Assembly (NCBI GenBank): GCA_965112155.1
Contig: OZ218103.1
Reading direction: 5' to 3' (one strand)
DNA length: 64,000 bases
From: Podarcis liolepis
Taxonomy: Eukaryota
A program made the translations under genes and the position numbers. Within the stretch, counting starts at the first letter, position 1, and every line of letters begins with the position of its first letter. Positions 14,204 through 26,703 of this stretch are shown piece by piece. The notes beneath the pieces were generated by a model, which did not search any database, was not told the origin of the DNA, and worked only from the letters and a program-made list of their open reading frames with translations.

Positions 14204-14963
14204 TATTTTCATCTATGAAATGTTATAGGAGGATACGTTGTAGAGTCCTTCCAGTTCATCAGTTGCAAGGCAAACAAATGTTCCAATATTGGTATTTGAC
14301 TAAAAAAAAAAAATTTACTATCTGGGCAGCTGGTTTCTAGTCAACTTTTTTAAATATAAAAACCTTGTAATTAACCTTAGGAAATGATGTCCACTTGTGC
14401 TTCCCAGACAAATGGGTAAAAGCAAATCATCATCCCCGGCAGCCCAGAGCAGCCAAAACAGTAGAGTATCTATTACTGTTAGCTTTACTCAGACTTCAAG
14501 GCTTAAAACATCAAAGTGTTCCAACTGCTAATGCAAAGTCACATACTCTTTTTTTTTACCATGAAAATGACAACATTTGTTCCATTCAGACCAAAGCAAA
14601 GCAATGGCTGCACTGTTTTGAAATGCAGCGGCCTGTGCCACATATTTCAGAATCCTCTTCTATGTAAAAGGCCAATGTTCTTGAGAAATTAAAAAAATAT
14701 ATATTTAATGCTTCCAGAGCAAACATACATCACAATACAGTGGGTATTATTATCCAGCATTGGAGTTACAGATTTCTCCTTCATCTGCAGCCTTCATGCA
14801 CTCCCAAATCTGCCCTGACGTTTCCCCAACACTCCAGAGCAGGCCTGGGGGGCATGTGGGAGGCTGTAGTAGAGAGAAGGGAAAGTCTCACGACACAAAT
14901 GGAAGCAGATTCCACACCACTGGATACTCCCCAGTATGTTCCAAGATCCTTTTGCAAAATCTA

Positions 14964-15143
14964 CCGTATTTTTCGCTCTATAGGACGTACTCCCCCCCAA
15001 AAAAAAATATTAAGGGGAAGTGTGTGTGTGTGTGTCCTATGGAGCGAATGCAGGCTTCAGGAAGCTATCCACAAGCCTTGGGAGCCCAGAGGGAACTCCC
15101 GCCGGGCTCCGCAGGCTTGTGGATAGCTGCCTGCAGCCCGAAG
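14964..15143. mobile_element. Truncated copy of the Tc2/pogo-like MITE in the opposite orientation
   Basis: TA-CCGTATTTTTCGCTCTATAGGACG terminus; internal sequence matches the reverse complement of 42800-43029. Confidence 0.8.
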
Positions 15144-15319
15144 CTGTTCTAGCTTTGGGATGTCTGCACAAAGTCTCCACAGGGCGGTGGGGTGAAGATG
15201 GTGGGGTGAAAACATACCATTTGTGACCTGTGTAAGTGCCATGTCACACCAGTTACTCCCTCCGATTTTTACTCCAGAAGAAACTTGAGACTTACAGCCC
15301 AATTCTCACTGGGTTTACT

Positions 15320-15928
15320 TGTCATGAGCCCCACAGCACTGTCAGGCTTGGGCTTGGACTGGCAGCCCCAGAAAGAGAAGGAGAAAGAAACAGAGGTGAG
15401 AGATTAACTGTGTGGCCCTGGGTTGGAGTATGGGGGGATCCCACACCCTTAATGTCAGTCACCTTGGAAAAGGATGCAGGGAAGATGGCTCTGACCTCTG
15501 AGGCTCTATAGAGCGGAGAGCCTCAGTGGAGGCTGGGAAGGACTTTAATCAGTCAATGGAGATGAACAGGTGGTGTCTGAACAGGAAAGTGCAGCTTTGT
15601 CACCTAGAACCAGGAACTGCCTTCACAGGTGAGAGGAGACCCACTCACCCCCAACAGAATGTTCGCTTGCAAGCTTGGCATTCCCACAGTGTGAGAGAGT
15701 CTTGCAGGTGAGCAGACCACGCCTCATGGTTAAAGGTTTGGAGGGAGGGGTGGGAAAACCTGTTGGGACATCTTTGTTGCTTCCATCCAGTTCTGAACTT
15801 CTTGCCCTACTCTTGAATCATGACTCCTGAGCACTGTGTCTGCTGCTGACCCTGTACTTGCCTGAATAAAAATCTCTTTCTTACAAATAACAGCCTCTGC
15901 CTGTGTGTTTTGGGTGGGAGCCTGAACA
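15320..15928 (+). mobile_element. Solo LTR (Gypsy/ERV-type), 609 bp
   Basis: TG...CA termini (TGTCATG / CTGAACA); perfect 5-bp TSD TTACT (15315-15319 and 15929-15933); internal AATAAA near 15865; splits a hairpin repeat into two halves. Confidence 0.85.
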
Positions 15929-18237
15929 TTACTTGGAACTGTCCCACTGATTTCAATAGGACTTCATTTGAAGTAAATAGGCCTGTGATTGCAGCCTCAG
16001 CCTTACACCCAGATGCCAAGTGCTGTTGCAAAATCCATATAATGTTACAGGTCTGATGTGCAATAAACCCACACTGCATCACTCCTATCCCAAGAACTAA
16101 CAGTGCAATCCTATATGTGTCCTCTGAAAAGTAAAACTTATTGACTAGAAGGTTAATGAACTGCCACATAATTTTACCATTGAAAAGTACCATGTTTCTG
16201 TTGCTATAAGCTAAAACCTTTGAGAAAAGAGAGCTATGAGCTTGCAGGCAGCAATAATAATTTAGAATTCAAGCAAAGTTTTCATATATCCAGTTCACAT
16301 GCTATGCTAAAGCTCATTCTTTGTTTACTGCTCATGGTTTCTGTGGTATGAGTCAAACCACAAACCCAGGTTCAGGTACAACATTAAGCCAAACCATGAC
16401 TTAGCCATGGGTACAACAACAGCAGCTGGATCGGGGGAGGAGTGTTGTGGCTGTGATCTTTGTTCCAGGGACCTGTACAATTGGTTGTTTGTGCTAAGCC
16501 ATGGTTTGGCTTAGTGTTACATGCCAACTGGACCATTGTGTATGAGGGAAAACCACATTCCAAAAAGCTACTTATGGCTATGAATTCTTTTTTTAAATCA
16601 GCCAAGCAACCCACCATAATTATTTTGTTTCTGATTTGAGGTTTTGAACACTAAAGGTTTTAGCAATATTTAATATTAAAATTGGACTTTATATTTGTAT
16701 ATACTAAAGTATCAAAAGTTTCATAATCAAGATTTAAGCTTAGTACACCAAAAATATGAATTTGTGATGAGAAACGCTAAACGAGAAGGGGGAGGGATAT
16801 TGGTTAGAGACTGCCAAGTATTTCTGTACTCTCAGGTGCTGCCTTTTGTGTGGACTGTGAATACAAAGAACTCTCTATTACAAGAAATAGAGTAGCTTCT
16901 TCATAAAAAGAAATTGACATTTATTAGCCTCGCTGCTCACTTGATGACTCTGCATTTCTGGTTGGCAGCTGTGCAAGGATAATAGAAGTCGAAAGAGCTC
17001 ATTACTGCAGTAATGAAATTTCAACTACTATTTAGATAAGGTTGCACATGCTGCTTACATTACTTTCATAACGTTGACACCAAGCCTAACCAAACTCCTA
17101 CCTCTGTTCTAATACTGTATATTGTAGGCCACATACTAACAGAATATGTGATTTAATGGCAAGAAAGAAGTTAGGTGGCAAAAATAAATGCTGCCAGCAC
17201 CCTGATTGCATTATATTTTCCTAAGCACACCTTGGGGGGAAATTAAATAAAGCTGGAGATTCAAACATAACAACAACAAAATTAGAAAGGCATACTGATA
17301 CTTTAAGTCAGATCCAACAAGCAATACTAGGCACCTAGCATAGTGCACTTGTGAACGCTACTGATTTAGCAGTCCAATGTCTCCAGATTCTGACTGCAGG
17401 AAATAACCACACAATGCATTTCATAGTAATTCACTGATAAACACTTCACTTTGAGGACAGGGGAGTTACAGATATTGCCAGTTCTCAATGAGGTATTGGA
17501 ATTGCCAACTTTTTCTGGCAAAAAAAATGCCTTTGCTAATTGCGGCTCAGGGGCCGTGGATTTAACGAGTGAATGAAATGTTTTCTATCACAGCTGGAAA
17601 ACAGAACAGTTTCATCTTCTGAATTTCTCTCTCATGTGCCTATTAACAGTACAGAAACCCTATTAGAAAAAACGGTGATGCAATGACGACAGACATTATT
17701 ACAAAATAGAAGCTCCATGTTCAGAGTCAGTACTGTATATCCCCACTTCAGCTTCTGGAACAAAGAGGGGAAAGCAACTGTGTTCACAGCATTCTTACAA
17801 GGTTCTCCAGAGCCACCTGGTAGGCCATGTGGGGCATTTCTGATTTAAGAAAATCCATACGTTTTCAGGAAAATGATTGTATCTTTTCCCAATAAAACTT
17901 ATACAACAATGAGTAAGGCACCAATTCTGAACTGGATTTTGAACGTTTAAGTAAAAAATGCAAAAGGCATAGGAGAGTTGTCAAATGTCCCCCAAAACAA
18001 AACAAAACCCTACATAATTGCCATAGTGTACTTGCATGGCTAGCCAAGTCATAAACCATTTCACATAAAGACAGAGGAGATAGACCATACCTCACATAAA
18101 ACTTGATGGACCTTATTACTAAGTGCTTTATGAGGACATCAAAACTTACGGTGTGACCTAGCAAGCTCTACATTCTAGCACTCAAAAGCTTCACAAAACA
18201 ATATATACTGAAACTGGACTTCTTTATAGACTTGCTA

Positions 18238-18606
18238 AGTGCTATTTTTCTAGAAAAATAGGTGCCAGAACTCACCATAAACACCTCCCTTGTTCCCTTA
18301 TACAGTGGTACCTCGGGTTTAGTACTTAATTCGTTCCGGAGGTCTGTTCTTAACCTGAAACTGTTCTTAACCTGAAGCACCACTTTAGCTAATGGGACCT
18401 CCTGCTGCTGCCGCGCTGCCGGAGCACAATTTCTGTTCTCATCCTGAAGCAAAGTTCTTAACCCGAGGTAATATTTCTGGGTTAGCGGAGTCTGTAACCT
18501 GAAGCATATGTAACCTGAAGCGTATGTAACCCGAGGTACCACTGTAATAGTAATGCTGCCCACCTGAGAAATGCCGGAACTGAGTTCAGGCTGGAAAAAA
18601 GCCCTG
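18238..18606. mobile_element. hAT-type MITE hosting the Tigger-like MITE
   Basis: Ends agtgctatttttctag... and ...ctggaaaaaagccctg with subterminal ggaact(c/g)a motifs; the two halves flank 18303-18544. Confidence 0.6.
18303..18544. mobile_element. Tc1/mariner (Tigger-like) MITE
   Basis: Perfect 17-bp TIR CAGTGGTACCTCGGGTT; TA TSD; internal repeated TAACCTGAAG units. Confidence 0.93.
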
Positions 18607-19979
18607 GACTTGCCCCAAATGTTGGGAATTGTTTGCCCCTCTTCTTTCCTTGTAACAGCAAAACAAACAAACACTCCAGAAAAGTTCATAAGCACATTTC
18701 AAACAACAAAGTCTGAATCAAGTAAAAACAATTAAAATCTGGAGCCTGTTTGAATTGTTCTCCAACCTTCCTTGGGAAACTCTGTTACCTGGCGGCTGGA
18801 TGACTAGAGTGCAGAAGCAAAGACAACTTCACCTCACATGTGTGCCTGTTTAATTTGTCCTTAAACACACAGGGCCACATTCCAAGAATATATAGCAACA
18901 TTTTACATTTACAACCAGTTGTTATTATTATTAAAGGCTTTTTTTTGTAAATTCTGCTGCTTGAGTCCTTTAGAATTCTGGGGCTTGCCATATTCTCTTC
19001 TGCAACCCAAAAAGGCCAAGGGAAGTCTCTGGAAAGGCATTCAGCAAGACTGCAGCAGCTAAATTCAGAGACCGACCATGTACAAGTGAAAGCACCTTAC
19101 AAAATGGAGCAAGTCCATTGGATTCAAGCCAGTGACTATACAAATTAAGACTATAATAGCCCTGCTTCTTAAATTCTGTAAGTTTCTAAAAGTGGATATA
19201 TTTGTGAACTTGCATAATTTATTCCCATTTGATAGCAATGGAGAGGGCAAAATATTATGCAAAAGTTCACTCTAAAAATCCTGCCTAAACATCCCTTGCT
19301 GGCTTCTGAACTTTGACTAGCAACCCATATTCTGGAAAACCGATATTAATGGCTATAAGGACTAACGACTTGCTTTTTTCATTTTTAATAAAACAAATCT
19401 TTTCAAGTTGTTGATTTATCACTAACCATACCAAATTCTGCATCTGCATGGCATCACACAATGCACACAGGCCATATTACAGAACATTAATATTCTTGTG
19501 GTTAGAGAGAAATATGAGTCTTGTCTCTTTCAATATGACTAACTGCTTTCAGTTTGCCCAAGTTTCTTTTGTGTTTTCATCGACTCTAGACTGTCCTCTT
19601 CACAATATGAACTGTGTATTTTAAAAAGATGCCCGTTTTTATGTCTTGATACAGCAGAACTCCCATGATACAGAATTTGGGTATGTGAATTTCCTGTGTG
19701 TTCTTCTTCAAGGTCTACATTAACATGACTTCTAGCTAGGGTTGCCATCATCCAGAATTTCCTGGACACAGCTGGGATTCGGTGGTGGTAAACAGTGTCT
19801 GGGCAGAAATCTCTGCAAATGTCCGGGAAAACCCGGACATATGGCAACCCATGTCGGAAGTGTAGATTTGGCGAATTTCATTTAAAATGTCTCAAAAACT
19901 TCATTTTTAATGAGGATTTTTTTTGGGGGGGTGGCATATTAGTATTACAACAAATTTATCATATGTGTTTAAACCAAAC

Positions 19980-20165
19980 ACAGTGTGTTGTAGTGGTTAC
20001 AGTACTGGAACTGGGAGAACAAGGTTCAAATCCTCGCTCGACCATAAAACCCACCATCGGCCAGTCACCTAACTTATCTCATAATGCTGTTGCAAGGATA
20101 AAATGGGGAAAGGGATAACCATGTACTTCGTTCTGAAATCCTTGTATGAAAATTGGTATATAAAC
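19980..20165 (+). mobile_element. Degenerate CORE/Squam3-like SINE
   Basis: gttgtagtggttacagt...ggttcaaatcctcgctc...gttgcaaggataaaatgggg. Confidence 0.65.
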
Positions 20166-23100
20166 GTAATAATGAATAGAATATTTCACGTCAAAACATG
20201 ACCTCAAACAGATTAAGCAGGACCTGGATGAAAACTGCAAGATATGCTACAAATGCACATCTGCAACCATATTGGCTGCAGAAGTAGAGGCCTGCTTCCA
20301 TGTGTAGATTTCTCTTGCTGGATGAAGATGAGCATCTTTAGGGTGCCTGATATGTCTAGTCCCTCGTAAATACCAGACTTCAGAAGTCACTTCCATGACT
20401 CGCTGGACTGGTAGGTCAACCCAACCTTCTTCAAATTCTCTTAAGATATCAAATAGCCATACACATCTGAGTGGAGAGATTATCCAGGTGAGAGATAAAA
20501 GTTAAAATTTGATCTGAGAATGCCATGGAGTGCTTTAGAGACACCTGGTCAAACTGTCTCTAGGAATGGGGGGAAATTAATTAAAAGCTTCCCTTTTGCC
20601 ATGTGGATTTTCAGCCCTATGAATTTGTTCATTTTTTTTTCAAAAATGAAAAAAGAACATTTTAAACAGTGGCTTCTTTATACGCAGGATTTATCTAACC
20701 TCTCTAATGTGCTAGTTTCTAAGAGGAGACCTCTCCATTTTTCCATTTTCAAAAGGAGTGAATATTATTATTAGGCTGTCCATAAAATTATTAAAGTTAT
20801 GAAACTGAAGTATTATAAAAACAAGGCACAGAGCAGTTTCTGTCTTCTGATCCTTAGAAACAACATACAGGAGGAGCTGCAAGCCATCACATTAACAGGT
20901 GTGCTAAACCACTGACTTTACTGCAAAGACATGGTTGCTTTGAACCACTGCCAGCAAAAAGGATAAAGAAGTTAAATATAGCAGTAAAGCAGACATTTCA
21001 GCAAATGTTGAAGTGTACATTTTAGAGAATGTATGCTTAAAACCGGGATAATCATAACCATTTGCGGAGCTTCTACAATGAAACGATGTTCTTTGCAAAT
21101 GGGTAGATGGAGGCTACATTCACATTAATATGAAATAGCATTTACTTTTCTACCGGAGATAAATACAGTGAAAACAAGTACAGCAGATCATATGAAAAGT
21201 GGCCAACATGCAGCCAGCAGGCTACCAAGGCCCTGGAGGGCCATTTTGTGTATCCTGGTGCTTTTTGATAAAATCCTGAAACTCTCTACTTTTTGTCCCT
21301 CATGGTTGTAAAAAATGAGTTTGAAAACACAGAACACTGACTTGCCAAAGACCACAAAAATGGAAAGCAAGTGACTATATTTTATGAGTTGCCTCAAGTT
21401 TTAGCAATACCACAGCTGTCATTAACCTCCATTGACTTGAATAACCAGATAGCAAAAGGGAAACTTTTACTTACCAACATGGCAAGATCTTTTCACTAGA
21501 AAATGCTCTTAATTCCTAAAGCACAGTCAAACTGATCCAGACAATACTTTATTACAGGATTAACTGCACAAGTAAAAAACCAACAACTTTAAGTTGTACA
21601 ACTCTCCCTGAGGCAGAAAAATAGTTTTTCCTACAAATAAAGTTAACCAGTTTGCAATATGAAGCGTGCAAATTCAGTGTCAAGTATTTCTCAAAATGAG
21701 AATAACAAAGCCAAGAAGCACACATCTGAAATACTAGGGCAAAATGAAGAGCTACATCAGGGGTTCTCAAACTCCAGGGCACATTTGAGAAGATTGAGAA
21801 TAACTGAAGCCCACTAGTCACAAAATGGCAGTGCAGGGGCAAAGACAACCACAAAATGGTGGCAGATGGAGGTGGAGTTTGGCATGAACAGCTGACAACT
21901 AGTGCTATTTTTTTTTTTTTACTGATACTTAAACCCTCTTTGGAAATTAATAACTTTCCCATAGCAATTTCCTTGGGACTCTTGAGCTCCATAGTAGTGC
22001 TTTCCTCAGGTTCTGGAATTATCTCTGAAATTATCATGACTCAACCTACCCATTTTAGGTAGAACTTGCTGATTCAGAGGATCGAACTGGAAATGGCTAT
22101 TTATTTTCTATCCCCGCCCCCACATACGCCTCTCCAATAATTTTTAACCATTTCCTCTCACTTCATCTTCCCTTCTCCTTTCATACATGGACAGATAGTT
22201 TGGAAGGAGTGGAGAGGGTACAAGTTATTTCATCCATACTCCAATCTGCCCACTCAACCTCTTCTTCCTGTAACAACATCCCTTCTTCCTCTCAATTTCC
22301 AGCTGTTTTGGGGTTTTTTAATTATCTCTTTCTGCTTTTCTTCATAGCGTCCTCTAGCATTTTCCTTTCAAAAAAGAAAGATCTTTGCTTCTCTCCTTCC
22401 TCAACCCCTTAATCTACCGCCATCTTTATTCAGTGGCACTTTCTCTCTCCTACTCACCCACCCTACATGGGCATGCAGTTGCACACAGTGACAATCCAAA
22501 TCCAATACCAGGTTTTTCTTCTAAGGGGGAGGAAGAAACTATCACCTTCAGTCAGCCAGGAAAGACCTCTTGAGTCAGGAGGAAGCCTGGGGTGTGGGAG
22601 TATGAATGAGAAAGGCCAAAGGCATAGCAGCACCCCTGGGTGCATCTTCTCCTCCTCACCCTCAGTATGACCGTCCCCATCCCCATTTTCCTTCCTCACA
22701 CTCAGATAGCTGTTGTAATCGCTGCTGTCCATTTCCTCTCTCCTGGCTCCTTTCCAACTTTGCATGCTACAGGACAACTCTCTAACCTACTCCTGCTCCC
22801 ACATGTACCTATACACTGCTCATGGTGTAGCAGTTGGGAGCAGGATGTTCAAGTGAGGCGGCATTGGGCAGGCTGCAGTGTTAAGCCCCTCTGGTGGTCC
22901 CATCACACAGTCTGAGGAACACTGAACAAGTTGCTACATCCTAATTCTATGGTGGGGGAAATACAACAAAAGTAGGTCACAAAATCAGTGTTCTTGAAAG
23001 GAAAAATTAAATACCTGATGCAGCAATCTACATGGGACACAACAAGAGGAGAGGGAGGGAAGTCCTAATATGTAAACTGAAACCCTTGAAACCCAGATCT

Positions 23101-24173
23101 ACTTTGTTGGATACTGCCCTTAGCTTGGATCCAGCACAGAGCTAGCTGAACTTACTTCCCATTGAAATGGGTAGGAGTTAAGTATTTCTTGTATTGTTTT
23201 CAACAGAAACCAAAATCAACTGTCTGGAGTCAATTCTTCTCCCTTTAATTTCATATATTTCTACTGTACATTTGTATGTTTTGCTGTATTTCCAGTTTCT
23301 CAACGAAAGTTTAAAGAATACAGATCCTAATACAAACCAGCTGGGCCTTTTCACCTTTATGATGCCATTGTAATGTGTGATGTGTTATACCCACTCCCTG
23401 TTTCTCATTTTTTTAACCTTACACTAACCCATGAAAATGCCTTCCCTTTATTGGAAAGGTAAGGTAGCTCTGAGATGTTTCGGTAAGGATTTTTCAGTAA
23501 GGATTTTGCAAAAGATTTGCTGGAACTTCAAATGCAAATAGGTGCTTACTGACCCTCTCAAAATACTAGCTTTTTACCCCTGCATTTGCCAAACAAATAG
23601 TCCTTCACTATATACCTGAAGAACCTGGTGTTAACATTAATTTGCTCAATCATAACCTCAGCCATTCTAGAAACTTTGCTTAAGGACCTGGGGGGTGGTC
23701 AACATATTGTAAGGGTCGCCAAGCAGATTCAATATTGCACTTGGTTGAGCTGCGGAGTGTCAGTACTGAGACTAGTATGAAAGCATGGTGTCATTCAATA
23801 CCTGATCAAAACTAAATAAACACTACTCGTGGTTTACTATGAGGAGCACAGCATCAAAATTAGTAAGCAATACTGATGTCCACAGAGGGGGAGGGCCAAG
23901 GTAATGGCAAAGCTGACATGGACCAAACATGCCAGCCACAGAATCACATTGATTCCACTAGGGTGTTTGCACCATGCACACCTCACCCCTCCCCTCTCTG
24001 ACCCAGTTTACAGCAGCAACACAGTCAGAAGGAGGTCAGGTAAGCAGCATAAACCCACTGCACCATGCACTACTGGACAGATGCATGGCGATCATGAAAT
24101 TAATAGCTGATTGGCAACAAGTTTTGTTCTGGCTCTCTTTTTTCCTATACAACCAGTAAAAAACAGTACTTAC

Positions 24174-24242
24174 CACTAAATCCCAGTTATTTTGTTCAAG
24201 TAAGGTGATAGCTTCATCAATATTTTCTATACCAGTACATGC
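24174..24242 (-). CDS. FAF1: FAF1 coding exon 2 (ACTGIENIDEAITLLEQNNWDLV; UBA-like domain)
   Basis: Not in the ORF track; read manually. 69 nt, acceptor ttttag|GCA, donor GTG|gtaagt, phase 0/0. Confidence 0.97.
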
Positions 24243-24939
24243 CTAAAATGAAAAAAATAAATAAAAGGGTTCAGCTGAAGAAATCTCTCAAGTATTAATT
24301 CTTTAAACATTAAAATAAGACAGGGGTCACCAACTCAGGAACCACCATGACACCCATGAAAGCCTTGAAATTTCTAGGAAATGAGCCAGCCTGGCTGCTC
24401 CAGCTTATCACTGTTTTCAGGCAATGAATGAAGTCAGAGCTTTGACTGATAAGTGAGCTGTTTGGACACCAGGCAACAGGAATCCCTGGGACCCTAAACA
24501 GTTGCTGTCCCCACCCCCCTTTAGTGCAATTTTCCTGTTTACGTCTCATTTTCTAGTCTCTGGGATCTCTTTAGCTTGTCCTTTCTTTTCCCCTAGCAAC
24601 CAGGAAGCATCTTTCCTATGACGGGCTTGTCTAAGATCAGGAAGCTCCTAGATGTTATTTTCTGCAAATAGTACTATACAATAAGTGACGGTGGAGGGTA
24701 AAGAATCCCCCTCCCTCCACGAAAGGCAAATCTTGGCATATGCAACTAAAAGAATCTCCAGTATTCATTTCTCAGATGTATACCCCATCTTTCTACATTA
24801 GGCATTCAAAGAGGCCAACAAAATTAGAAGTGGATACAATAATAAAAAAATCATTATCAAGAAACAAACAGAAAATATCAGTTCTTTCCATCACTCTTAG
24901 GAGAACTATACTGAAAGAACCGGGCCTCCTGGATGGGAG

Positions 24940-25221
24940 AAGAGAAGAAGAAGAGAAGAAGAGTTTGGATTTGATATCCCGCTTTATCCACTACCCGAAG
25001 GAGTCTCAAAGCGGCTAACATTCTCCTTTCCCTTCCTCCCCCCCACAACAAACACCTGTGAGGTGAGTGGGGCTGAGAGACTTCAAAGAAGTGTGACTGG
25101 CCCAAGGTCACCCAGTAGCTGCATGTGGAGGAGCGGGGAAGCGAACCCAGTTCACCAGATTACGAGTCCACCGCTCTTAACCACTACACCACACCACACC
25201 ACACCACACCACACCACACAC
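24940..25221 (-). mobile_element. tRNA-derived CORE-type SINE (Squam3-like) with a purine/pyrimidine tail and an (ACACC)n expansion at the head
   Basis: Minus-strand head GGTGTAGTGGTTAAGAGCGGTGGACTCGTAATCTGG...GGGTTCG; core cctgtgaggt; the gcccaaggtcacccag motif. Confidence 0.85.
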
Positions 25222-25384
25222 AGAGGACATAGGATTAAGTTTTCTTCAACATTTTCCCATGTTTCCTCTGACTTGTTATGTGCCTTTATGAAGCCCATAA
25301 AGCATAATTAACTGGGTCACTCTCCTTATTTGAAAGAAAAACATGGGAAGAAAATTTCAAATTACACTGACAGAGCAATTATAT

Positions 25385-25520
25385 CAGGCTTCCTCAACCT
25401 CGGCCCTCCAGATGTTTTGAGACTAACAATTCCCAGCATCCTAACCACTGGTCCTGCTAGCTAGGGATCATGGGAGTTGTAGGCCAAAAACCTCTGGAGG
25501 GCCAAGGTTGAGAAAACCTG
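25385..25520. mobile_element. hAT MITE, complete (136 bp)
   Basis: Long TIRs CAGGCTTCCTCAACCTCGGCCCTCCAG / CTGGAGGGCCAAGGTTGAGAAAACCTG; perfect 8-bp TSD AATTATAT. Related degenerate copies at about 1575-1690, 12850-12915 and 43490-44062. Confidence 0.93.
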
Positions 25521-26613
25521 AATTATATGAGTGCTTACTAAGAAGTTAAGTTCCACTGCATTCAGTGGGACTTTCTCTCATGTATGTGTGCACAGGATTA
25601 AAGCCTGAATATAGTTAGAAGCAAAAGGCGATCATTGCACTTCCCAACCACCTGCTCCTGTAGTATTTGAAAATGCATTATATTTTTTAAAAAAGCTCTT
25701 TCCAGCAACAACTTGCATTTCTTCTACTGAATAGCATTCAGAAGTGTGTTGGCAAAGAAACAGATGTTCATTACCCTTCAGTCGCTCTTCATTAACAACG
25801 AATCTTCATAAAACCGTATTTAAGAGTGCCGCTTATACTTGGTATTTATATTGCCGTTTGCAATGGAATTCTCATAACTCCCAACTGCAACTTTTCCATT
25901 AGAAAATAAGAAGCAGAAGCTGATTAAATAAAAACCAAGCACCATGCTGAACTGATGCTCTCCATATGCACATCCTCTTTGTAAGAGCAAGGGAAAATAT
26001 TTTATAAAGAAGCAGAATTGCTTTGAATTAGTGTCTGTTATTCAGGGGGCACTCTTAAATGTGTTCAAACCAGTTGCTTCATTACAAAGAATCCTACAGC
26101 TATACCTCTGAAAGCTTCTATTTGAGGCTGTGTTCGCACTACTATTTCATCACAAATTTGCTCTTTGAGATGCTGCTACAATCATAACAGGTCTTTACCA
26201 GTGCAAAATTCAATAGGAAAGTTCAAGCATCAGCTCTAGATGTCAAAAAAAGGAACACATCGAGACAGTGTAGAGCAGCCCTTCAGAGTGTCAGGAGCAA
26301 GAGCAGAGCAACCTACCTGTGGTATTTGGGGACTGAGGGCAGTAGCTGAAGTTTCCATGCCATTAAACCTTCTCAGTGGACAATAAATACATCTCTGTGA
26401 TGGAGTGAGGCTAACAGAACAATCCTAAGTGCAGGAAGCTATTGGAATGAACACCAATTTAAATTAAGCGGGCATAAAATACCCCTATTTCAAAGTGGGT
26501 TCAGCAGCAGCGCTGCTACCTCCATCTGAGCTAACCCAAGTCTAACAGAGGGGAAACAAGCCTTTAAAATAGAGTTTGACTTATACCACCCTGAGTTCCA
26601 ATAGGTTGCCAGG

Positions 26614-26703
26614 CATAGCTGTCAACTTTCTCCTTTTCTTGCGAGGAATCCTATTCGGAATAAGGGAATTTCCCTTTTGAAAAGGGAAACATTAACAGCT
26701 ATG
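26614..26703. mobile_element. hAT MITE (90 bp)
   Basis: TIR CATAGCTGTCAA / TTAACAGCTATG; perfect 8-bp TSD TTGCCAGG. Confidence 0.92.

Noticed and set aside
18340-18535. CRISPR-like repeat-spacer pattern (also 41030-41245 and 42695-42870)
   Set aside because: These are irregular internal repeats of MITEs bounded by TIRs; the context is eukaryotic and there are no cas genes.
25100-25200. tRNA genes (also near 2720-2800, 19980 and 43943)
   Set aside because: The A/B-box-like sequences are SINE heads followed by SINE bodies; there is no intact cloverleaf.
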